This document shows, one piece after another, positions 1-12,196 of a stretch of DNA of 64,000 nt. The number at the start of each line of letters is the position of its first letter. The stretch's first letter is position 1. Under the pieces are notes generated by a model, which was given only the letters and a program-made list of their open reading frames with translations, ran no database searches and was not told the DNA's origin. This stretch comes from Laetmonice hystrix (lineage: Eukaryota). The position numbers and the translations under genes are program-made. The stretch covers positions 8,246,001 to 8,310,000 of the forward strand of contig OZ249438.1 in NCBI GenBank assembly GCA_965235115.1, written 5' to 3'.

Positions 1-384
1 GTCGCACCCAGATCTGTTAATAGATTACCAGACTAAACTTGTCACTGCCAGATGGCTTTGCACATCGTTCTAATTGGTTTACACGGTAAAAGTCCCCGGA
101 TCTGCCTTTCTTGGAAAATAATGTTGGACCTCCCTTAGAATGTAGGATCAAAGGTAATCGCATCAATGACGGAGTCACTAAAACAAGATGGCGTATAAAC
201 CAATCCGTAATTTCTGAGTTGGTTGGGAGGGGCGGGCCATTAATTTGGCAATTCCATCATCAAATCAGACCTTCGGCTTCATAAGGTTAATTATCAGATA
301 AGTGAATCTACCCATGCAGAATTAAGGTGCCATTCGCAGTAAAAATGTCGCTTCAGCCGTCCTGGATCTCATTCAATATCAATC

Positions 385-458
385 TGACCTTGGAGATGAC
401 CTTGATAACATACCCCACTTCACTCAGGGCCGCGGACTCCGTGCCTGGTTTGACGTCA
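385..458. promoter_or_regulatory. Candidate promoter motifs upstream of the orphan ORF: two extended nuclear-receptor half sites and a full CRE
   Basis: TGACCTTGG at 385-393, TGACCTTGA (reverse complement TCAAGGTCA, ERR/SF-1 type) at 397-405, TGACGTCA at 451-458. Motif matches only. Confidence 0.3.
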
Positions 459-1549
459 GTATAATTTTACGACATACCTGCGCGCAGATGTCAGCGCCGT
501 CGCTTTGTCCCGTCTCTCCAGGTCAGCTGCGATGATATCGTCGATTTATTATACCTTCAGCGGCCTTTCTTCCTCGTCGTCACCCACTCGCAGACGATAA
601 AAGTTCGCGCCACAGGTGTGTCCATGACGGGCGATCCTGATTGGTGGATTTATGTGGGTCAGGTCTCGCAAAGTCCGCCTGCCATCTGGCCGTGTCTGAG
701 CGCAGACGATCAGTCCGGGTGCCGCGTGAGTTCGAGATCACGCGATCTCTGAGTGTGCTGTCACTCGTCTGTTTACTTTTATATCAGCACCACCCTGAAT
801 CACAGAACGACGGTGGATATAAGACGACGTCTGGAGACAAAGTAGCGGGCAGTGGCGTCTTGGAAAACGTCGAGGATTGGTTGTAGGCCTACGAACGGAC
901 GCCGTGTCCGGAATTTAGGCGGAACGTGCCAGAGGACACTCGTGTGGTCGGCTGCTATTTACTCAGGAATTGGCTCATTTGAACAGCTGCTGTTGCAAAG
1001 AAGACTAAAGTACAGCCACGAATATCTACGTGGGGATTGTGCGGACAGCTAACTGCATGTGGTAAGAAACTCACTGCAGAGTCTGAAATCGATAGAGTTA
1101 TCATTACTTATTAAACTCACATGGTATCGAGTCAACGCCTATAGGGGCCGACAAAGCATCACGCTTTCAACACTTTCCAGCTGGGCAACGCCGCCCTAGT
1201 GACGTCAGTACAGTTGCCAACATAACACTCGTCAGTTACTGCGATACATGGTGTTGTCTGGTTGAAATTGAATGGGCCCGCTGCCGCCAGCGCGGTGGTG
1301 TGTTGTATTTACACAGTTGGACGACGTGATCTAGGGCTGTGGTGACATGACTGTGAACACGCCGGGTCTGGAGACGGATACGACGACCCCGGCCCAACAT
1401 CCGCGTTTTCTGACCGAAATCCGCCTCTCATTCTAACAGACGGATTAGAATCTCAATAAGCTTTTGATGTGATTGGTCTGACTCTTCGGTATTGATATAA
1501 TTATAAACATTTATGGTAAAGACGATCGGGACGGAAAACTGAAACAGCA

Positions 1550-2428
1550 ATGTCGTCTGCCGAATACGATCTTCATTTGTATGGTGCAGTACCGGTTGAC
1601 GGTATGTCGACTCACGTTCTGGGCTGGAGCCCTCCCCCAGGAACTAACCAGGAACTTTGGAAGGGCACCCTGTACACCTCCAAGTGTGACGGAGTGGAAG
1701 GTGTGACCGACGGTCACCAAGGTTACTGCAGCCACGCGCGGGAACCCGGTGCGGGACATCGGTTCTTAGCGGTCGTTATGCGCTTCTTCAATAAAAACTA
1801 CCACATCGGTCATGCCCACCCTGTCGTGTTGAAAAAGGAAGAAGAGGAAGGGTGTTCCGATGTCTTTGAAAACCCGGACATTGTCACTTTGAAATGCACT
1901 CTTCTTGATAGAAAGGACGAGGAAGTCACGATTTCAAAGGATGTCAGCGGCCTAGATTCAAACAGTGACGTTGATGAGTCTGGGCCCCCGCCACCAAACC
2001 AACCCTGCCCTGACCTCGAGGGAAAAAACCACTCCGAGTCAAGCAGTGAAATGGAAGAGTGCCCAGAAACTGAAATGAACGAAAGTCGTCGCGTCATCTC
2101 CTTCGCAGACGACGCGGGGCTGCCCCTCGTTCACGTCAACGTCTATGACGCACCGTCAGACGAAGAGGAAGGAGAAAATGGAGAAGTTTGCTTTGAAAGG
2201 ACTGTCGAGGATATCATCAAATGTGCTCGTTTCCGAGGCTTCCACTCGCCAGCTAGGGCTAAGAGGTGTCGGAGAAAACAAAACGGTGCCAAAACGCACG
2301 CTCTGTCTTCGCCCAGACTGGACTGCCCTGAGGCCCCCAGCTACACGCGCTATTATAAACCGTACATAGAGGACTACGAAACACGAAACCTGCACAACAC
2401 CGGAGCATTCTCTATGATCGGGTTCTAA
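1550..2428 (+). CDS. Intronless 292-aa orphan protein with a PP1-docking RVxF motif of the glycogen-targeting (PPP1R3) type
   Basis: 879-nt ORF with an in-frame TAA at 1517-1519 upstream of the ATG. RRVISFADDAGLPLVHVNVY (2087-2146) resembles the PPP1R3 pattern RVxF-AD-x-x-G-x-x-L-x-x-V. Acidic central linker; no CBM21 seen after the motif. Possible 5' UTR intron from donor TG|GTAAGA near 1061 to acceptor TTCTAACAG| at 1439. Confidence 0.7.
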   Translation: MSSAEYDLHLYGAVPVDGMSTHVLGWSPPPGTNQELWKGTLYTSKCDGVEGVTDGHQGYCSHAREPGAGHRFLAVVMRFFNKNYHIGHAHPVVLKKEEEEGCSDVFENPDIVTLKCTLLDRKDEEVTISKDVSGLDSNSDVDESGPPPPNQPCPDLEGKNHSESSSEMEECPETEMNESRRVISFADDAGLPLVHVNVYDAPSDEEEGENGEVCFERTVEDIIKCARFRGFHSPARAKRCRRKQNGAKTHALSSPRLDCPEAPSYTRYYKPYIEDYETRNLHNTGAFSMIGF

Positions 2429-3912
2429 TCCATACAGAGATATTATAAGTACCAGCAGATACTGCTATCCTTAAAACACTGAACCAATCTGAACTGAAGG
2501 ATGAAGTATAATATGTCATTGTATCATAATTTTAAGTTAATTTATGTATGTTTATAATGTATCTGCATCCTTGATCGCAGGACGGTCTTGGATACAGACA
2601 TAGAAACACCAAACATGATAATGCTTGGCAGGAGACTGTCCATGAATTTGAAGTAGGGTACTACTATGTAGCATCAGATGTATATAAAGTTGTACCTAAC
2701 CAGCACAGTGATAGACACCTTTTCGTTGACAGATTTCTACGCCAGGTTGGGCCTATACTTGCAGAACCAAAGAAAGGATGTAATTATGATTACATTGTAA
2801 ATATGTTGTTTGTGATGTTGATATAAGATATACTTTTTTGGGCATCAGTGCATTTTGAATACGTTATGTTCGTTGGAACCTTAGAAATTGAGATTCTTGT
2901 GTGTATTATACATGATGAGGCCAAGTGAAAATATTAGTTGCGGTTGAGCGTCCCATCTTCCAAAGTTTCATGGTTAAGCATGCTGTTTTGTTTTGTTAGT
3001 TTGTTCACTTGTTCCTGAATTAGATGGTGTAGTCACCGGAGCGGTTTCAGATACATTTTTGTACTTTACATGGAAAAGGCCAAGCATATTTCTGCAGGCA
3101 CATTCACAATGACCATTAGAATCATGATCGGAGGCATTTTTGAAAGTCGGGCGGGGACGTTAACCAACTTTTATTTTAGATGATCTTATGGGAATTCCTG
3201 AACAAGGGCCCTCATGTGATTAATAATGTTGTTATCTGGCAATACTGCTCTTTCAATCTGTGTACCGTGTACTGATAACCCACCGACCCTCCATCCCTTG
3301 TCCAGATAATCACACGGTGGACGGGTCTGATAACGGTTGGCTCAATGCCACCTGTTGAGGGCCCACGCAGTCGCCTTAACACTTATGAATAAACTTATTT
3401 ATTATTAACAGGATAGGGGATATTTAACGGTTACACGTTATTTGCCATGACATCGTTCTAAGCTGTGCCCCAGTGCATGGAAAAGGACGTGCATAATTTG
3501 ACGCTTGTATAAATATCACATATTATGTACACCATAAAAATGTGAGATAAAGTTTGCTGAGTTGGAAAGTCAATTGAGAGTAGTCTCTCTCTCAAAGTCT
3601 TGGGTCACAGTCCAAGGTCAAAGTTAAAACGGGTCCTGTTTGCCAAAACTTCTTCCTTTAAAGCGAGTATGAAATGAAAATACCCTAAACTATGTTTATT
3701 TGGAAGCGAGTAATCGTAATTCACCGATATGGTGAGTAGATGGGAAGGATAATAAGTTTTACGGTTTTCAGTCCACCAAATACGATTTATTACACGATAA
3801 ACGAAGATCCTATACAGGGTTTTCTCCAGGCCCTTTTTGGCCTCCCATTATTCAGCTACCCCCCCCCCCCCTACCCACCCAAAAAAAATCCAGGGGGAAA
3901 TATTTCCCATTA

Positions 3913-4102
3913 AGCCGCTTTCACATGCATACGGCGTACGGCATGCGGCGTGCGTTTTTGTTAATAATGTAGCCAATTTAAATCGCCGCTCGCCGCAAAC
4001 CGGAGACATGTGAACGGTTATATCTATTTTCAGTTGTTCCATTTTTGCAAAAACGCACGCCGCACACCGCACACCGCAAACCGTGTGCATGTGAAAGCGG
4101 CT
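3913..4102. mobile_element. 190-bp PIF/Harbinger-like MITE
   Basis: Perfect 17-bp TIR AGCCGCTTTCACATGCA, 3-bp direct flanks TTA (3910-3912 and 4103-4105), and an internal 16-bp inverted pair GCGGCGTGCGTTTTTG / CAAAAACGCACGCCGC. Confidence 0.8.
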
Positions 4103-4196
4103 TTACTCTTCCCCCCCCCCCCAAAGTCGAAAATCTCCAGGAAAGCCTGCTATAATACCGCGAGGGAATTGTCTGCATATTGGTCTCGTTACGATA

Positions 4197-4308
4197 CCAG
4201 AACGTATCCAGGATTTAATAAGGGGAGGGGGTGTGAATGTGGCCCCTCTTGTCAGATTCCCCATTCACCCCCCCCCCCCCCCGCTTCTAAATCCTGGATC
4301 CGCTCCGG
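4197..4308. mobile_element. 112-bp MITE with TA flanks
   Basis: Left end CCAGAACGTATCCAGGATTTA pairs with right end TAAATCCTGGATCCGCTCCGG (few mismatches). TA on both sides (4195-4196, 4309-4310). Internal G-rich and poly-C tracts. Confidence 0.6.
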
Positions 4309-7197
4309 TAGTGTATAAAGAGACCTATGCAGGCAATTGACAAAATGCGTAACTATAAATACAAGGTGCGGTCGGGGATCCCCACAAGCCTGGAGTAGAG
4401 GATCGCAAAGTTGATATGGTGGGTCTGGTCTATTTAAAGAAGTTCACAACCTGTTCAAATGCGGTTTACTTTCTGGACCGCTTAAAAGATATGTACATGT
4501 GTTAGCTGTATACCCCTGCCCCTACCAGAAGGTTATCCAAGGGAGTTTTGGAGTTGCCCGAAATCCCGTGGAAATTTCATCTATACTCTGAAACTATGCA
4601 CTTTCATTTGCAACTTTTGGAAAGTCCCCCCTCCCCGACCAGTCATAACTACCTGCATGGCAAATCTCAAAAGCCAGAAAGTTTACACATCATTTCCTAC
4701 TATACATCTGTACCCTACTCTACCCATGATACCACCTAGATTAAAGAGTCATGGCTTGTGTTACTGGTCATGTGAGCAAAAGGAAAACTTTCGAAATTGT
4801 ATAAATAGTACTTAGCTCACGTTTTCGGCCGAGATGACAGACTTTCAGAACAAAGAAAAACGTGCCTGAATTAGACCATTCTCTGATTCACGTGGCAGAA
4901 AATGATTGGAGATAACCCGTGAGGTCATGGTCCGTGAAGGTATTGATTTGCCAACCGCAGTCTACAATATTTGTCTACGTTAAAATTGTGTTTGAAATGG
5001 GTTGCTTTGTTTCGGTTTCATGTTATTGGGAGTTACTTTTAGGCCGAGATTTCTATACTGAGGAGGGCATACACTGACAACCCGCGCCCAAACAGTGGGG
5101 TAACTTGTGACAATTAGACTTCCATATTGTTGAATTTCCGTCGCAATAAATTCGACAGATTCTAAGCCAGGATATCATGCCGTTAAGAAAAAAGCGCTGA
5201 CTTGAAACTGTGGGAAAGGATTAGAGTAGCTTATTTTAAGTATCAATTCCGTAAGAAGATTGTAAAAGATAGGCCTAACGGTCAGGAAAGTCCCGCGCAA
5301 ACAGATAAAATGAGTCCGATATCAGGGAGATAACACTGCTTTTTTATGTTTCTCTTAAAGTGAAAGTAAAATAAGTAAAACAATAATAATGCCCCTCCCT
5401 GTAAAATGACTACCTCACTGCGGGCCGAATAGTCCGGGGGTAGGGACTTACCTTTATAACGCTATGGACTGGACCTGATCACATCCGAGCAATAATATAT
5501 TTTTTTCTTACGCGTGACGTCACGGTCAGTCCCTGGCATGAGCCGAATAGCCTCATACATATAGTGCTGCCACCTGTCGATATACAACTACTAATCAAAA
5601 GTTGATGGTAAAAAGGCTCTAGCTCATAATGATGTTTCTTGTCGGACCCTCGAAGGACTTTGTGAGATTCCCTGTAAATATTCCACTGCGAATTGAAATA
5701 TTATGCTCGTCATTTGATCTCGTAAAGCATGAGGCCTACCATTATCATTATCCATTTCCCAAACTCAAGGTGATGATCTTTAATCATGTCTGCTGATCCC
5801 TCGCGCAAAATGCACAAAATGTGTGCCCCATTCATAAGTTCCCGCGATCTTGTTGGCCTATATGCCTTTGAACTACGCAGCAGGGCGGTAGAACATGAGC
5901 GGTGATGTGGTCGAGCCTCCTCATGCAGTTCGACCTTTTACGTCTGTATCATAGAGCCTTATGTACATCCGAAGTTATTTCTGAACCGGAAATTGACTCG
6001 GAAGTTCCGATTGCTCACTCTCCGCGCGTTCTCTGAAACTGACACTTTCACTCACGAATGTTCTGTCAACATGACTCCGGCTGGCAGTCGACGTGGACAC
6101 CTCGAGCTGCCTCCACCCGCTGGGTGAGGGACAGGGGGAGGGGGAGATGTTGCTCCCAGTAAATCTGAAAAAATCGCGTTTTTTGACGAGCAAGTACCCA
6201 AGTGACAGAAATATGCCATTCATGCCAAGTGACCTTCAGAAACTCGACCTGCCTCTTCCCTCGGTCATTTCTTATTCATTTGAAAGTGTCTGATTTGTCC
6301 TTGACTTTATTATCATTCTTTGTCAAAGTTTATGACTGTCGTAACTCATAGCCTACCTGCTTTCCCGCCAAAGATCGATGAAGGAAGGTCTATAGGCATA
6401 TATCGAGTAAGCCTATAGTAACTGAGTGCACTGAGACCCTAAAATAGCAGGTCCCGTGACTGAACAAGCGAGACAAATTTTAGTGCCATCCGGAATATCT
6501 CTGAAACACTGTCCAAGGGGAGCTACCCCCCCCCCCCCTTATACTAATTTTTCAAAAGTCCGGACTGTGAGAACCGGCCGGACTGGTCAGTGCCCCCCCC
6601 CCCCTTCCATCTTCACACCTTGTGTGGCCAAAAGGTGGCGCCACGATCACGATCGTTGTTTACTGTTTACTGCAGCCAGAGATGTCAACCCCGCCCTGGC
6701 CGTTCTGAGCCACGCGGGGGTCTATTGTGGCAGGACAAGTTATGGGATTACCCGTTGTTATACAAACAAAGCTCCGGCACACGTTCTGCCATCGTTCATT
6801 ACGTGCCCTTGTAGGACGTTTGAAAAAGGTGTTAATTTGACATGTTAATCGGAGAAACTGTCCACTCGTTGCCGTGGATTCCGAACAAACGTCGCCACAC
6901 AGGCCAGATCTGTTGTAACTTTTGGTTATCAGTGTAACAATTAGGAGAGAGTGAAATCACTGGTGGTCGGCCAGAACGACATATTATCATCAGAGTCACT
7001 AGAAAATTCATATTCCTCTTCATTGTCTCAATTGTATCCATGATTTATCTAGTTTAGCATGTCCTCATCCAGTCTTACTCAAAGGTTGCACAATTATTGT
7101 AGACTTCGTATTGTAGTTATTATATATCACTGTATATTCAGTTTGGGCTTAGACGTGCCACCATTTGAATAGTCCAAGCTCACAGTCGCACCCTGTA

Positions 7198-7208
7198 GTC
7201 TTCTTCTT

Positions 7209-7238
<30 letters not shown>
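7198..7238. repeat. (TTC)n microsatellite, about 13 units
   Basis: Direct reading. Confidence 0.95.
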
Positions 7239-7240
<2 letters not shown>

Positions 7241-8444
7241 GTGGGTGTCAGCATAGCTGCATCAATAGCCCCATTTACCCACTTTACCTTGTTCCTTTTT
7301 CATTTTCTTTCCTCCACTTCCAACTTCAGAAATGGTCATTGGACAAGTCGTAATTTTAAAAAGTGACTAGATGACGTCTTCTTAACTTATTAATATCTTA
7401 ATCTGCTTTCGAGTTTATACAATCTTTTTCTCAGACTAAAGGCCTGTCTCTACTTATAATAGCAAAGATAGTCTATGTCTACAAATATATGCATGGTCTA
7501 TTTCTCCGTGAGGCTTACTTGTAGACTTGCTGTCCTGTTGGCTCCATGTTCTTCTGCCTCCTCTCTGTCCAATTGGAAACAAGAAATCATAAAATGAGAA
7601 ACACGAATTAAAACACAGAATCGTAAGGTGAGGATTTGATTGAATCCGATTCCATGCCACATGTTGTAATACTAATGACCAATGAGTGTATTTCATTGCA
7701 TTGAACTCATTAACGTCTTATCCTAAATAGTGTATTCATGTAATGAGCTAATTGCCCTCTGTTTGGGCGACCAAAACAGCCGTTCTAATAATGATTATTT
7801 GATAGGGATCAGCTAATCCCTGTCAATTAGTTCACGGTTCACTGACCTGGCCCATGGGTACAGCTCCATGATGGCAGTTCTGTGTAGTGACGTCAAGTAT
7901 CGTTCACCTGAACAACTGAACAAGCTTGCTACCCCACCCCAGCCCACCCGGACCCCCCAACCCACCCGGACCCCCGCGGACATAACAATAGTATTCTTTT
8001 GTTTTATTCTGTTAAGGCCCGCCGTGCCTTTGGCCTTTCCTCTACCCCCGCCCCTTCCTTCCCATCACTGCCAAAACGTCCACTGTGGCACCTGCAGCAC
8101 TGTTTTAAGACCCCTGCCCCCACAAGACCTTCGAGTCATTCATGGGAGGAAGGCCATGGCTAACAATTACCACTGAAAACAATGGAAGGCGGATTAACTC
8201 AGACTTGGCTTTGTCACCTCTGGCCGTCCAGCGGCGTTGTTGACCAACAGTTAGCCCGGCAAAGCTCGCGCCTGTGACTTCAGCCTTCCACTGCTAGAAG
8301 CAAGGTGACAACGCCTTCCTTTGCCAGGCCCTTGCACCGCTGACCGCTGAAACAACATCCGTGCATGTCTACGTGCATAACTCCCAGTATCAGGGTCGGA
8401 ACCACACCAGTTAGAGTTCAGACTCCAAGCCACATACACGGACA

Positions 8445-8452
8445 TTTATATA
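8445..8452 (+). promoter_or_regulatory. Candidate TATA box of the homeobox gene
   Basis: TTTATATA about 120 nt upstream of the predicted ATG at 8569. Confidence 0.35.
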
Positions 8453-8568
8453 CGCCATTCGCATGATTGCAATTAGTGGTTCTCCCGATGATCCAGAGGT
8501 GCTCTCTTGAATTGCAATTCCGTAAAAATCCCAGAAGTGAGAAGTGATCCCAAAACGTCGCGACTACC

Positions 8569-8602
8569 ATGCTAGGGGTGGACGGTCACGAGGCCTATCG
8601 AG
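8569..8602 (+). CDS. Homeobox gene coding exon 1 (MLGVDGHEAYR, phase-1 end)
   Basis: ACCATGC start and strong donor GAG|GTAAGC at 8603. G+CC joins in frame to exon 2 (Ala, then MSESMY). Confidence 0.7.
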
Positions 8603-9266
8603 GTAAGCCGAATGAAATTACTTTAATCCAGATTGGAGTTTAACAAAGTGGAGAGGCACGACCGCATCCGATCTTGTCCTGCCATATCATTGCATAGCTG
8701 GCCGCAATTGAAATGTTCTGAAAGACTAAACTAACACCGAGTGCTTGCATTTTGCTTACTGTATCTTTTGAACGGAATTGTCTCTTCCAAGTTTTGTGTC
8801 TGAATGGAGTTTCAGTAGAGAACAATCGGTGATAAGCAATGAGACTTATGGGTATAACCATGTTGAACTCCCCATGTTATAACATTAATAATACGAACCC
8901 TCGCGTTCATTGGTAGAGCATCATTATTGGCAACCGACAAGGAACTCTTATAATTCTGTCAATGTATCCCGTGAAATGCAGGCCCGTAGTGGAAGAGGGG
9001 GCTAGGGGACGTCCAGTTTTGGTCATTCTTCATTGAAGGGCCAAAATCATGTAGGCCTACGTCATCTTGAAAAGGGTCTACGGGGGCTACTCTGCCTTAC
9101 ATAATTATACCTTATAGCACTCTCTTTGGAATGCCAATTATTATGGCTTTCCTTACGTAATTAACCTTTACCTGTAACATATAAAACCACCTAAACAAAT
9201 TGATTGACTGACCAAGATGACTGCCAAATAATATTTTACCCTGTTTTTATTTCGGCCCTGTTTCAG

Positions 9267-9563
9267 CCATGAGCGAATCAATGTACCCTGGCGGCCTAGG
9301 GCTTCACCATAGCAACCACCTCACATCTCACCTCGACACCCAACACCCGGGCCCTTTCCACGGTCACCCGGGGTCACTGGGTGCTAACCCCCACCCCTCG
9401 GTCTACCCCCACCAAGACTACCACCACCAGTATAAGTTAGCTGTCAACCCCATGCAGATGCCACCCGTACATGGCGGCGGTAACCTGCAGCACCAGGAGG
9501 GGCCTCTTGCTCCGCCAGACAACAGACTACAGCAGACAGAGCCCAGCTACACTCAGGACGAAT
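9267..9563 (+). CDS. Homeobox gene coding exon 2 (His/Pro/Gly/Gln-rich N-terminal region)
   Basis: Acceptor CCCTGTTTCAG| at 9266 and donor AAT|GTAAGA at 9564. 297 nt, phase 1 to phase 1; matches ORF 9269+. Confidence 0.85.
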
Positions 9564-9574
9564 GTAAGATATTT

Positions 9575-10660
9575 TCTCATGTCTGGATATAATGACCCAT
9601 GGTAATGACCCACGGAGAGTAACATGAAGTCTCTCTCTCATGTCTGGATGTAATGACCCATGGTAATGACCCACGGAGAGTAATATGAAGTCTCTCTCTC
9701 ATGTCTGGATGTAATTACCCATGGTAATGACCCACGGAGAGTAATATGAAGTCTCTCTCTCTCATGTCTGGATGTAATGACCCACGGAGAGCAATATGAA
9801 GTCTCTCTCTCATGTCTGGATATAAGGACCCATGGTAATGACCCACGGAGAGTAACATGAAGTCTCTCTCTCATGTCTGGATGTAATGACCCATGGTAAT
9901 GACCCACGGAGAGTAATATGAAGTCTCTCTCTCATGTCTGGATGTAATTACCCATGGTAATGACCCACGGAGAGTAATATGAAGTCTCTCTCTCTCATGT
10001 CTGGATGTAATGACCCACGGAGAGCAATATGAAGTCTCTCTCTCATGTCCGGATGTAATGACCCATGGTAATGACCCACGGAGAGCAATATGAAGTCTCT
10101 CTCTCTCATGTCCGGATGTAATGACCCATGGTAATGACCCACGGAGAGCAATATGAAGTCTCTCTCTCATGTCCGGATGTAATGACCCATGGTAATGACC
10201 CACGGAGAGCAATATGAAGTCTCTCTCTGTCATGTCCGGATGTAATGACCCATGGTAATGACCCACGGAGAGCAATATGAAGTCTCTCTCCCATGTCCGG
10301 ATGTAATGACCCATGGTAATGACCCACGGAGAGCAATATGAAGTCTCTCTCTCATGTCTGGATGTATTGACCCATGGTAATGACCCACGGAGAGTAATAT
10401 GAAGTCTCTCTCTCATGTCTGGATGTAATGACCCATGGTAATGACCCACGGAGAGCAATATGAAGTCTCTCTCTCATGTCTGGATGTAATCATCCATGGT
10501 AATGACCCACGGAGAGCAATATGAAGTCTCTCTCTTATGTCTGGATGTAATCATCCATGGTAATGACCCACGGAGGGTAATATGAAGTCTCTCTCTCATG
10601 TCTGGATGTAATGACCCATGGTAACGACCCACGGAGTAATAATTATGAAGTCTCTCTCTC
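9575..10660. repeat. Minisatellite, about 61-bp unit x about 18, at the start of homeobox intron 2
   Basis: Unit GTAATGACCCACGGAGAGTAATATGAAGTCTCTCTCTCATGTCTGGATGTAATGACCCATG with a variable (CT)n tract. Confidence 0.95.
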
Positions 10661-11795
10661 TATCTATATCAGAGGTCTTCGTATTTAAGGGACACACATT
10701 CGTCAGAACATATCCAAAGTTTCATAAGGGGTCATAAAACAGATCCGTTGTCAGCAGTACATAAACCTTTTTAGAAAAAAAGAGAGAACAATTGGTGCTA
10801 ATTGCGGCTCTCAGCGTCCCGGATCCACCACTGATGTTTATTTGGTCCCAACTACAGAATTCTGGTTTCATTTCCTGACCTAAGCGCACGTGTGCCCTCT
10901 GCTCACGTGATTCCGAGCCTGCGGGCCCTTAACATGTGTATAGGAATTGCAATTAACGTTTCCATCCAAGTATTTACCCGGAGCTGGTCTCGATTGACGG
11001 TGAAGATTATCGTGGACTGATCTCCTTACTCGAGTCTTTCATCTCACCATGCCTCTATACCTAACTGTCACAACTCCAGATAAGATTTCACAAAGACAGA
11101 ATGTTCAAAGTGTGTCGGTGTTCAGTGTGAAGTGTTTCACCAACATTTAGCCTTTGAAGATGGATTATTTAGGTGTGAATATTGACTGCTATGATAATAA
11201 TGTCGCACAACGGTTGTTTGTTGGTGGGCAATCAATTGACTTCCCTCCCACATCAACAACATCAGAGTGTATATACAGACACAGTTAGGACAGGGTTTGT
11301 GAAAAAAAGGCTAGGTCAACATCCGTATCAGTAGGGCCATTTTAAGCTTGATAGGTTTTCATTGTAGCACCAGTGTGACCAATTTGGTCATGATTATCGA
11401 ATGAGGGTAGATGTATATAGTCTGAATAATTGCGATGGTGTGACATTTACAGCAATAGGCCTTCACACATATTCATACACTTATACATGTGTATAGGCCT
11501 TCACAACGTATATCAGATGTCTTTGCGACACGTGTGGGGCTGCCAAATTCTGTCTTAAGTCTGGGCAGGGGCAGAAAAATATGTTTTCTAGTTTAGAACC
11601 ACCATTTATGCCAAAGTATTCATTAACAAAATGGCCACAACTGAAGTATACTGCTTTATTTTTCGCTTAGGTGGATATATAATTTGTACATTCCTTAAAC
11701 TGTGAAGCTATATGTCGATAGGACTCTATCCTGAGTGTCATGATGGCAACATTTCTCTGAGACAGATGTTAACCTTCTTGTTCTGTCCCATGCAG

Positions 11796-11962
11796 TACCA
11801 CCTCCCCCTCCCATCACCCCACCTCCGGCCAAGGAACGTTTCTCTTATACACGCTACCAACTTCACCTTCTCAACGGAATCTACACGGCAGTTCGTTATC
11901 CTAACTCAATCCAGAAACAACTCATCGCCAAGAGGGTGGGCATCACTCGCGACCAGGTCAAG
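11796..11962 (+). CDS. Homeobox gene coding exon 3 (poly-Pro plus homeodomain residues 1-46)
   Basis: Acceptor TTCTGTCCCATGCAG| and donor AAG|GTGAGA. Encodes LPPPPPITPPPAKERFSYTRYQLHLLNGIYTAVRYPNSIQKQLIAKRVGITRDQVK. Confidence 0.92.
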
Positions 11963-12196
11963 GTGAGAATTCTAACACGTCACGCCTCTCATGACACCAT
12001 GCAGTATTTTAATACATAGGCCAAAATGTATAGACGACAAGATAAAACACAACCGTCTTATATCTAGCAATCCGACCATACTAGGACATTGATTAGTTGG
12101 TTCTGTACGCTGTTTCCCAATATGAATGTTTTTGGACATCAAGCCCATTGAACCGCCTGTGAATATTAAAAATAATATTATAATGGTCTGTTTCAG

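Noticed and set aside
641-1052. Two short overlapping ORFs upstream of the orphan gene
   Set aside because: No recognisable motifs; at most uORFs in a putative 5' UTR exon.
9444-10458. Minus-strand ORFs with repeated MGHYHGSLHPD/WVITSRHERE motifs
   Set aside because: They are translations of the 61-bp intronic minisatellite in several frames.
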